NCBI GenBank assembly: GCA_012295275.1
Contig: CM022679.1
Coordinates: forward strand, 3,224,001-3,288,000
Length of the DNA stretch: 64,000 nucleotides
Reading direction: 5' to 3'
Source of the DNA: Chrysomallon squamiferum
Taxonomy: Eukaryota; Animalia; Mollusca
In this document: one piece after another, positions 1 through 12,176 of the stretch
How the letters are laid out: each line of letters opens with the position of its first letter
Position numbering within the stretch: position 1 is the stretch's first letter
Notes under the pieces: model-generated
Seen by the model: the letters and a program-made list of their open reading frames with translations, nothing else
What the model was told of the DNA's origin: nothing
Databases searched by the model: none
Position numbers and translations under genes: made by a program

Positions 1-213
1 CTACTACTATTGCTACTATATCGGCTGCTGCTATTTTCGTACTGTTGTTACTACCACTACTATAATTCTATTATTATTACTACTAGCATTGCCACTAATT
101 ACTAATATTTCTGTTACAGTTACTACTTCTATTGATACTACTGTTGCTGCTGCTTCTACTGCTAGTACCACTACCAATGCTATTATTACTACTACTGCTA
201 ACAATAATCTTAC

Positions 214-285
214 CAATAGAAATGTTTTCCGGTTGAATAAATAATGATGGTTGATGATAAACTGCTGGTGGTCCATTACAGAAAA
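214..285 (-). CDS. Second cadherin-like gene, exon 2 (VFCNGPPAVYHQPSLFIQPENISIG), start of EC1; gene continues off the left edge
   Basis: ttttcag acceptor, G|GTAAGA donor, phase 1-1; NxPP...PE[ND]xxxG pattern matches exon 2 of the main gene. Confidence 0.75.
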
Positions 286-290
286 CTGAA

Positions 291-360
291 AATAAATAAA
301 TAAATAAATAAACAAACAAACAAACAAACAAACAAACAAACAAACAAACAAACAAACAAA

Positions 361-391
<31 letters not shown>

Positions 392-459
392 AGTCGAATA
401 CATTTATTTACGCGAAAAAGTTTGAATATTTATATGCACTGTAATCATTGCATGCAAGC

Positions 460-495
<36 letters not shown>

Positions 496-560
496 CTGAC
501 TGTGTCTGTAAATGTATGTATATATATATATCTGTTTGTTTGTATGTATGTTTATATGTC

Positions 561-592
<32 letters not shown>

Positions 593-672
593 TGTATGTA
601 TGTATGTATGTATGTATGTATGTATGTATGTATGTATTTTGTATTTTGTATGTTTGTATGTAAGTATGTATG
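291..672. repeat. (AAAT)n/(AAAC)n, then (TG)n and (TATG)n microsatellites
   Basis: Direct reading. Confidence 0.95.
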
Positions 673-698
673 TTTTTGTGTCAATGTATGAGTCTTAC

Positions 699-753
699 CG
701 GCTGTTGTGAAACAGATTATGATAACAAGATCTGTAAACCACAAAGAATTCAT
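699..753 (-). CDS. Second (tandem) cadherin-like gene, signal-peptide exon (MNSLWFTDLVIIICFTTA); acceptor at 757
   Basis: tttttttcag acceptor, CCG|GTAAGA donor, phase 1, hydrophobic N-terminus. Confidence 0.75.
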
Positions 754-985
754 ACTTCTGAAAAAAATGAAAAGAAACCTGTAAGTACATTCGAAATCCT
801 TTCATGTTAGATTTCAGTCGTCATGAGATAGAGATAGCGAGAAAGTCAGAGAGACAGAAAGAAAGACAGAAAGACATACAGACAGACATATTGATAGATA
901 GATGGATAGATGGATAGATAGATAGGTAAATAAGTAATTAGACAGATAAATAGAGATAGATACAAAGGGAAGAGAGACAGAGATG

Positions 986-1092
<107 letters not shown>

Positions 1093-2472
1093 ACTGTCTT
1101 AACAACCACAATTTAAAGTTTAAATATTTACTAACACAGATACGCTGTAGGTGATAAAGATTATACAAACGTTAAAGTGATAAGCAGATTATCTAAGAAA
1201 TCGATATTCTAACCTGAAATATATTGTTAACACTAAGATAACGCTTTGAAAACTAAGAAACTGAGATAAAATCAGATTTTTTTTTCTATAAAGAATATAT
1301 TTCGAAATAAACTCAATTAATTTACAGAACATTTTAAATACAATTATTATTATTTTCAGAATAAACGAAAAGAATTAACAAATAGAAACTAATAAATAAA
1401 AATTCAAAACTTTTATTCAACGTTGAATTGTTATGTATCAATTCATGCATGATAATAATTATTGCCAAAGTAAGCGATCTTTTTTATCTTTGGATGTTGT
1501 ACACAGGTTATAATTAGTATATATATATATACTTGTTATTATTATTATTATTATTATTTCTTCAAAATATTAAATACGTGTAAAAATTGTTCTAAAATGA
1601 ATGTTATTATATGATGTCATTTCGTATTCGAAAGTACTAATAAAAACAAAAACTAAATGAAGATATGAATGTAGAAATTAAAATAGTAAATAATGATGAT
1701 GATGATGATGATGACAATGTGAAGATAAAAATGATAATAATAATAATAATGATGATGATGACGATAATAATAACAATGAATATAATGAAAATAATAACAG
1801 TGGTAATACTACTAATAATATGATGATAACGATGATGATGATTTTAATGATGACGATAATCATCATCATCTTTGAATAAGATGTATAAACACACATGTAT
1901 GTAAGTATATAAAATACACATCAACACATACCAACCTTTTTTTCTAGATTAAACCAGCAAAAATAATCAGCAGCAACTTTACATTGTCAGAACGACACAC
2001 ATTTAATTGCACACGTTTCAGCTCGTGTTGGAATAGGACAGTTTCATAGACTAATCAACAAGATGAAATAATATATCCCAAATACTGTACCGTAGAATAA
2101 ATTAACTTTTAAATTTTAAAACAAGATTTAAAACTCCAAGAATCAATCAGCTAGAAAATAGATAAATAATCCTTTAGGAAACTGTTTATCATGCTAAGTA
2201 TATATATATGTATATATATAGCAGAGTATATTCCAAAATAATCCTGTTTATCTCCGTTCAATAGAAAAAGTAGACTTCAGTACACTTGTCACATTTTCTT
2301 TTGATTTAAAAATCTTGGCTGTAAAAAAGTGCTAAGTCAGATTAACGTTGTAAAACGTTTCGTGGGGCGGGCTTTATCAAACTGACCCAGATCGCCGGGT
2401 ACAATATTCAAAAACAAAAACGAAAAAATAAAAACTCCAGACAGAACCCGGATAACGCCAAGCACTTCTTAC

Positions 2473-2776
2473 TCGTGTTAAATTTCAGCCATGTTTGTCT
2501 TCGTGTCCCGGCTACAGATACCTCCACCATGAAAACCACGTCGCTGGCAAACCGAACGACGTCACAAACGGCAACGACAACGAAATCTTAAGCTCAACAT
2601 CGATTTATTTTGACACACATTAAACAAGTGTTTTAAACCCGAGTAGATAAACAATAAAACCTGGCAACTGTGTCCACTCGCAGAACAAGTGTTCGACGTG
2701 TTCTTGTTGTGGTGCGAAAACCTAACTATAAAATACCTTAAATACATTTTATAGGCTTCAGAGTGATTTTTTATAG
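2473..2776 (-). promoter_or_regulatory. Probable promoter and first (5'UTR) exon of the second cadherin-like gene
   Basis: Two TATAAAA boxes on the minus strand (2747-2753, 2768-2774), CpG-rich stretch, GTGACGTC motif near 2558, GTAAGA donor at 2472. Confidence 0.45.
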
Positions 2777-2918
2777 GCTTCAGTACCTATCCTTTGCTAA
2801 TAATAAAGTAAGACGCTTATGCTAAGTCAGCAGAGATTAATAAAGGTCGTCTTTTTTTTACCTTATTATTGTCAAATGAAATCACATCTTTCAAAGTAAT
2901 GCATAAATAATAATAATA

Positions 2919-2982
<64 letters not shown>

Positions 2983-3523
2983 GAAGTAGTAGTAAAATAA
3001 ATTTGAAAGCTTTGTCAGTAAGTTACTTTGTGATGGCCAAGAAAGCGAGAGATAACGTTATCTTTACTTACCTGTCAACGTGGTGTTTTTAAAAAAAAAA
3101 TTTCATCATCATCATCATCATCATCATCATTAGTATTAATATTAGTATTAGTAGTATTACTATTTTACCATTCCGATTTAACCAGCTCACAAAAGAAAAG
3201 ATGGCGGTTGAGGACGTTTTATCTCACTTACTTATTTCTTTGGGGGTTTTCTCAGTCAGCGATTGAGGAAGTCGGGTACAAAGTCATTTTATACTCGTCT
3301 GTCCTATGAGGTGTTGGCTGGTGTGATATCTTTATCAAACAACTTGACAGATCTTGTAAATAAAGTGATGATGACGTGTAGAAACACAGGCATCTTGTTA
3401 TAACGTATTTTTTTTTTTTTAAATATTCTCTTCCTTTTGTGGGAACCTTTTCATTTAAATTGTTTTTGAATATAAATTTTAAAAGCATTCATTAAATGCA
3501 TTGTTAGTATATGCACATACAAA

Positions 3524-3525
3524 CA

Positions 3526-3559
<34 letters not shown>

Positions 3560-3730
3560 CACACACACACAATCATACATACATACATACATATATAGAC
3601 ATACACATACATACATACATACACCCATACATTCATACATACATACATACACCCATACATTCATACATACATACATACATACATACACACAAATACCATC
3701 CTTCCTTCCTTCCATCCATCCATCCATCCA
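3524..3730. repeat. (TACA)n and (TCCA)n tetranucleotide repeats
   Basis: Direct reading. Confidence 0.92.
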
Positions 3731-5227
3731 GTCATTCGATTAATTATTCATTCTTTCGTTATTTCATTCATTCTGTTATTAATCCAGTTGTTCAGGCATT
3801 CATTCTTTCATCCATCCATTCGAACAGGTTATTCATTCATTCTTCAGTTCGCTCATTATCTACGACCAAGAGTTAATGAGTTCATTTTCAGTTTCCCCAA
3901 ACCCGGTTCTCTCATCTCATTCGCCACCTCGCTGTCCTCTGTAGCATTTCACGTGTTTCATGAAGCGAGAGACAAACACTGCATTGTCTAAAAAAAACAT
4001 CTCTCGCTTTTAATTGTCGTTGTTCAGAAACTGTCAGGTGTTGGAGAATATTTAGCGAATGGATCTTAACTCGCGTGTTGTGTTTCTTTCGACAAATACA
4101 AAATTCTGGGCATAAAGGAGGGTTTAGGAAAGCAGGTTTTACCACTTTGATGTTTGTCTTGGATTTTGACTGGTTCCAGGACACATGCACTAAATGATCC
4201 TCATGATACGTATAAGAATAATCATTTATATATAATTAAGTTAATCTGACATTTTTCGTTACTAAATATTAAATATTACACTTGCCAATTATTTACGTAG
4301 AATGCGACCAGCCCATTATTTGAAATACAATTTAAAAATCAGAAAAATCCATTGAATATATTAATTATCGCACAGGTGACAAAAGAAAGTACTAAATATT
4401 ACGTTAAATATTATTACTAATTTTAAATATCACACTATAAAATATTATATCAGCGTAATTGTTATACTAAATATAATTTTGCCCAATAGGTAAATAAAAT
4501 ATTTTAGTAGATATGACATATAATAAAAATACAGTAGTCTACAGGATAACATTACACATTACGTATAATAGATTCTATGTTAGTTTCTCCATATGTTCAA
4601 CATTACACAAACAACCGCCAACACTAAATGCTGTACTCCCCTTTTTTCATATTCTAAATACTACATTAGAGAGCTGTACATATTAAAATAACATAAATCT
4701 GTCTAAATTAAATATCTCACTAGACCATAATTTAGATATATAAAAACTGAAGTTACTAGCTGGAACGATAAAATATTAATATTTGATTTTTAACTGAGGA
4801 AAAAATGTTGACGTAGAAACTCACCTCCAGTTGTTTGTAATGTCTTAATACTCCTTATCTTTCCTACAGTCTTTAAAACATTCCTTTGAATATTTAAATA
4901 TTTACTATCGTTCTTTTACTATTTTTTTTTCTTCTATTTGATAAACTAAATCACGTATTTTCAAATAGCCTGTTCATGTTACTCTCACCGCATATAAAAG
5001 AAATGAATATTTTTGTTTTCCTGTATAAATTTCAACGTGAAGTGAGTCATGAGATACGCCAGGTTGTATTTTTTTTATTTTAATCTACTTGACCAAACAT
5101 GTTAATTTATATGTAAACAGATAGCGCTGATATAACTGACAGCCTGGTTAAGTCACTTAGTTAAACAAAAAAAAAAAAAGTAAAAAGAATTAATTCTATT
5201 CTTCTTTTAATTCATTTTCCTTTTTTT

Positions 5228-5497
<270 letters not shown>

Positions 5498-6460
5498 GTA
5501 TATCTACCTGACAGTGATATATTGATAATACGTAGATTATGGTCCAATTTGTGTTTTACGGGGATAATAAAATAATAAACAAGTTTGGGAGTTTTTTGCT
5601 TTGTTACTGGTTATAAAACAATTCACAACGGCTTATCTGTGGGAGTGGCAATATGCTGTCAGTGTTAGCAGGTTGTTCAGTGCTGTAGGTAACTTCGCTT
5701 GAATGTTGGTATGGATGACTTTGTAACGTTGTCTCTCCACAGTCCTAATTTTTGTCTGTTGCGTAAAAAATTTATACATATCCTCTCCTACAGTCATTCT
5801 GTATTTGTATTTCTCTCAATAATTTCTTAATTTATAGACTGAGCAAGTCAATCAAAGAAGGCTGGTTCTCAAATTTTCACGGACGTAATAAATTAAAAAT
5901 GATAAAGAGCGCCTATTTTAGTCAGAATGATAGAAGCAAACCTATCACAAACTACAGTGACTTCTTATGCAAGTTTGTTCTGTCACAGTCTAATCTTAAG
6001 AACGAAGTACTTTTTTTTAGGTCAAGTGTTATATTATCAGCTGTCTCCTAACGTAGTTTATTTTAAAGGAAATTGAACATATGTGTTAGGCCAGTAAATT
6101 TAGTAAAACAGTTCAGGTTTGTCGTTAGAGCCACAGTACACTTCACTGTTTTAGGTAAATATTTCGTTTGCAATATTTGCACTCGATGTATGTAAGCATC
6201 GTAAAGCAATGGAATGCTGTAAAAACAGTTATAATCTTCTCACATTATGAATACTTAGAGAGAAAGGAAACTGCGGATTATACACCCTTCAAACATGTCG
6301 AAATCAGTTACTGGTATACCTAACATTTAAATAACAAGTATTTTCACATGTTTTCACGTTCCTACCACTTGCTGTGGTGTCTGGTTTAAATAAATAAACA
6401 TTAATAAAAAAATTAAAAAATAACACATGATGTTATTTATCTTTCTTCCTGACAAAAAAT

Positions 6461-6495
<35 letters not shown>

Positions 6496-7854
6496 GTCAT
6501 GATTATGAGTGTTGTTTTTCCTTTTTCCTGAACTTCGATAAATTTCAGTCAGATTGTTAAGTTCTATTCTGAACGACATAATTCAGTTTGGCAATAGCCT
6601 GTTTTGTGTACACAAATGATAACCCGTGACCTTCCGGCTGTATTTCTACACATTACTGCCAAATCCTTGAATCCAGTGTCATAAATTTAACGTCTAACAT
6701 GCAAACGCGGAGATTTCATAATAACAGTTACGTTTAGAATCAACGTATTCAATTATCGTTAAATAACAGAATGCTTCTACAGACCCTGTAAAATAGTTGA
6801 CAGGTTTGTTTGAAATATTCCACATCAAAAATAAAAAGACTCAGCATAATATAATATTTGATTTGGTTTACTTTGATTTATGTTAATTAATTAAATTAGT
6901 TAATAATGTTTGTATTACTATTTTTGTTGGTGTTATTATTAATCATTATTATTATTATTAAAAGGAAAAAAATAAATACAAAAAAATCCCAGAAGATATA
7001 GAAAAAAAAAAAAAAAAAAAAAAATTAAAATTGGCGGAAGCAGAAACAGGTGACAAAGAAAAAAAAAATAAAAAAACGAAGAAGAAAAAAAAAAAACCGT
7101 CATTAGTCATACTCATTTGATGTTTTGAAAATAACCGAGAATTCCCATTCGTTCGTTCTGCTAGGAAAACAAGACATAATCCGAGACACACAAAAGCAGA
7201 CACATTCGGAAATTCGAGCTCGCTTTGTTTTAATATTTGTGCAGCGTTCGAATGGCGAAGTGGCAATTACGAGATTACAGAAAAACCTCTTCAAACAAAA
7301 CGCTGACCTTATAAACAAAGATGCAAGCAAACAGAACAAATCCCCAGAACAAAGTGACCTTGTTAGTTATGACATTTTTTAAAAAACCGGTGTACGAAAC
7401 CTGCGTGTTTTGTGGTGGAGATTCGTGAAGACAAACAGGTGCTGGTCGTGCCAAGTCGAGTTGTTTTTGACTTGTTGGTTAGAGCGCAGAAGAACGACGC
7501 AATGAATAGCGGTACCAGTCCTTCTTGGCGCATCTGTCGTGTTATTTCCCGTTCTAGATAGTGCTCCGTACTTGTGAAGTGTTCTTCTTTCTGATGTATG
7601 ATGCCTTCGAATAATCTACTTTTCAAACAGAATAATCTATGATATGGTGATAAATGAATTTAAAAATAAAACCTCAAAGAACCCGTCTCTTAAAAAAAAA
7701 AAAATAAAAAATAAAAAAAAAAAAATAAACAAAAAAAGTTTTAATTAGATAATTATTAGAATTGTTATATTTAAATAATTAATTAATTAATTTATATTTA
7801 TTACTATAGCTAATGCGACATATACTGCTGTTATTACTACTACCATTGTGTTGA

Positions 7855-7881
7855 CATTATTAGTATTATTATTATTTATTA

Positions 7882-7928
<47 letters not shown>

Positions 7929-7940
7929 TATTATTATTAT

Positions 7941-7973
<33 letters not shown>

Positions 7974-8007
7974 CTATTATTATTATTATTTGTATTATTA
8001 TTATTAC

Positions 8008-8052
<45 letters not shown>
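7855..8052. repeat. (TTA)n microsatellite
   Basis: Direct reading. Confidence 0.95.
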
Positions 8053-8053
<1 letters not shown>

Positions 8054-8498
8054 AAGCTTTAACAAAGCTCAGTATTTCATTAAAACGTACGCGAGGCACT
8101 CACTCTGTACTCGACAGGCTGACAAATGCTAATTCTTAATTCAAAGAAAAACATGTGACATTAAATTGTTGCTATTGTATCATGCTGGGGGTGGGGGTAC
8201 ATTTATTAAAAACATGTGGCTTACACTGTTTTCCTTAATTGTTTGTGGCTTATTGTGAATAAAGCCAATTTCAGATATCCCTGTTTATTTGAAAAATAAT
8301 TATAGGCACATGGACCCTCTTTTTAAAACAGCACTTTAAGTTTTGCAGGTATGTTTTTGTTGCGTTCAGGGATGGGTCAACCGAGGTTGTAATTTACATA
8401 AATCCGAAACCCATGTCTCGGCTATTTATATGTAAAACATATGGAAATTTGAAATTCTAATCTAAAATCTGCAACACTTATTATAATGACTGTATGGT

Positions 8499-8566
<68 letters not shown>

Positions 8567-8663
8567 AATATGTAATCGTATTTATTTGTTTTGTAAAAAT
8601 AATTTTGTTATTTATTATTATTATTCTGCTTGTAAATTTTCATGTAAATAAATAAATAAATAA

Positions 8664-8698
<35 letters not shown>

Positions 8699-8737
8699 AT
8701 TGCAGTCTTTTTATCAAGGTTTAGTTATAGTTTACCC

Positions 8738-8775
<38 letters not shown>

Positions 8776-8786
8776 TAAATTTAAGG

Positions 8787-8819
<33 letters not shown>

Positions 8820-9637
8820 ATTCTTAAATTCAACAAACAACCAAACAAAATAAATCCGGATATTTTGTCTAGTGTTTCATTGTTCAGTGTGCTTAACAGA
8901 TTCAACTTTCTTTCTCTGACATTGCCAACATAGCTTAAATGAAAAGCCTTAAAGTATATACACAATAGCTAAATGATTCTTTCTTTTTCTTTTTTCTTTA
9001 TTATTATTTTTTTAAAGTCTCGTTTTACCTTTTCTGTGAATCAGTGACTGGTCCAGATCATCAAGGCTGCGAGTAAACCATTTGTTTACGCATTTGTGGG
9101 CGCTGATTTAAACTTTAGTTTGAAACTTGTTTTTTCTTCTCTCTTTTTGTCCTCGCTAATTTTGTGACAATATTTCTGATCTAACATACTAACTTGATAA
9201 CACTAAAATTGGCAAGTTATGAAAGACGTGATACGTTCACCCAGTTTTTTGAACTCTTTGATCTTACCGTCCTCATTTTTGACTGATTCTAAAACACTTT
9301 CAAAATGGAAATTCTAAACAGCCATTATTAAACAATGAAGAATTATAAGAAAGTTTTTCTTTCATTACCGATTACGTTTTGGAAAAGTGAGTAAATTCAT
9401 CTAAAGAAAATTTAATACGACACTGAGTTTGTATATCACACTGAACATTAGAAGTAATTATGTCCAGCTGCATACTTTGTTTTTTAAGTAATAAATCCGT
9501 TTCATAAATACTTGTACATACATACATATATACATACATATACACAAGCATATGTACATATAAATTTGCATATATATATTATATATGCAAATACATAGAA
9601 ATATAAATTTATATATAAATTCTATAAAGTATATTTT

Positions 9638-9687
<50 letters not shown>

Positions 9688-9699
9688 CATAATAATAAT

Positions 9700-12130
9700 G
9701 ATAGTTACCTTTTATAAAGAGATGGTGATGAAGTGAAACACAGTTTGATCCTTATTACAGTTTCATGAAGACATTTAGTCTGACTGTTTCTACATTAATA
9801 TATAAACTTTGTTTTAATTACTTAAATAACAAAACTAACATTACTCATATTTCTAAACTCTCCACATATGAAAACAAACTGAGACAAAATATAAACACGT
9901 TTTTATATCTATATTTAACAAGATCAAAGAGAAAATAACTGAGAGCTCCAAACTGTCTTTGTCTTTGTTTTTTTTTAATCTCTATTTTCTAAGTAAAGAA
10001 AGAAAAAACAAACAAAAATGATTTTTAAAATATTTATATTTAACAAGATCGAATGTGCACAATGCATAGATACATCATATAATCAACATCATCAACATTT
10101 CATTACAGATCTGAAAACAATCACACACTGTCAGAACATGGAGAAAACAGGTAACCATGTTGACATCTCTCATTCAGCTAGAAGTGAAAATAAAGCAGCA
10201 CTAACTTGAACAGCAGAGACACAGCAAGGCAAACAGGACACTGAGTTTAAATGTATACCTGTGTTGTGGTAGCTGTTCATTGAAATGTTTGCAGAGAGAA
10301 AAAGTTAATACATGGATAAAGATGTAACCTGCAAACATGATTAAAACACAGTTTTGACATTTTATTGATGACAAGGTCAAGAATAAAATAGTTATAAAAC
10401 TTTAAACGATATATGTTAAAAGAAGAAGAAAATGAGTAAATAAATATATAAGTAAATTAATGAGTCATAGCAGAAAAAAAAAAAATAATAAAATAATAAA
10501 GAATAAAATCCTAATAAAAAACAATCAGAAAAAACAACTAAAAGACAACAAACCCCCCACACACATCAAAAAAAATAAATAAAATAAAAACACAAAAAAA
10601 AAAATTTGGCAGAATAAATGAAAAACTAAAATAAAATAAAAATTATTAAATACAATATTAATTTTTGTTATAGATTTACTGTTTTCTATATTTACTTCAT
10701 TTATTTATTTTTTAATTACAAAGCATACTTTACTGCTGCTATAATTTTAATAAAAAAAGAAAAGAAACTAAAAACATTTTTTACAAAAGTTATGACTTGT
10801 CATTTTTTTACATCATCATTCATTTGATTAGTTTCACATGTAAAAGAACAAATCTTCAGTTAAAATTATTTATTTAAAAATTAATCAATAAATTAAAACA
10901 ACACAACATTAACACAGATGTAAAAATATTAATTTACATTTGTACAAGAAAAATAAAAATCATTTGTTTTCAGTCCAAGTCCAGCTTGGTGTCAACAATT
11001 TCCTTTCACATTTCTGTCTATACATTTACTTACACATGCAATAATAATAATAATCATATGTCAGTTAAAACCAAAAGCCACAATACCCTAGCTCTGGTCA
11101 CGTAATTGACTTTATGTTTGGGATTTAAATTTAAAATTCAGACAATATTTTCTTTTAAAAAGTTATCATTGTATTTATTACTGCTTTTACAATGCTTATA
11201 TATATATATATATTAATAAACATTCAAATAGCTACATGTACATAATATATGCATTGCAGAGTCTACCATGCAAGTATTAATAATTTGATAATTTGTTTAC
11301 TTGAATTTTAATAATAATGAAAATAATAAAAGTGGGGAAAAAAATCACAATTTAACAATTAAAAAAAAAAAAAAAAAGAATAATAATAATACAAAATAAA
11401 TAAATTAAAAAATTAAAGAATATAATAATAATAATAAATTGATAATAAATAAATATTTGCATAAGAAAAAAATATCAATTTACATACATAAAATTAATTT
11501 ATTAATTTTCAATATTTATTTATTTTACAGAAATCATTTAGTCTTAAAATGTATAAGGAAAAATTAAAAACATAGTAATGAATAACAATGTTGGTTCAAA
11601 TCATTCCTTGTAATGATTTTATCTTTATGGGTATAATCATACAGAACAAACTACTCTAAACAGCTGCATTTCTTTATTTTAAAATCAACATTATATATAT
11701 CTTGATTTCAAAGAATAAAAGAAATGAATTAGAAAAATACATTAGGTGGATTTCTTGGTATATCACATAATTATATTATCACAACAGGTGTCAGAAAATT
11801 TGATAATTTAAAGCATGTGAAAAAAGTGCATACCTGAGTTTATATACATTGTGGAGAAAAAAAGTAAATAATAATAATAATAATAACTAATGAGTACATT
11901 TTCATTTTAATAGTTTAATTATTGTTATTATTTAAATTCCCTTATAATCATGTGATTTACTGTTATAAGTATAGTTGTAAAAGTTAATCAACAAACATTA
12001 ATTAAAGATAATCAGTTACAATAAACAAATAAATGTGAATTATACAGATATATAAAATGTATGACTAGAATATGAATTAAATCAAAAAATTAAATTAAAG
12101 ATATGCTTGTTTTAATAATGGCACATCTCC

Positions 12131-12176
<46 letters not shown>

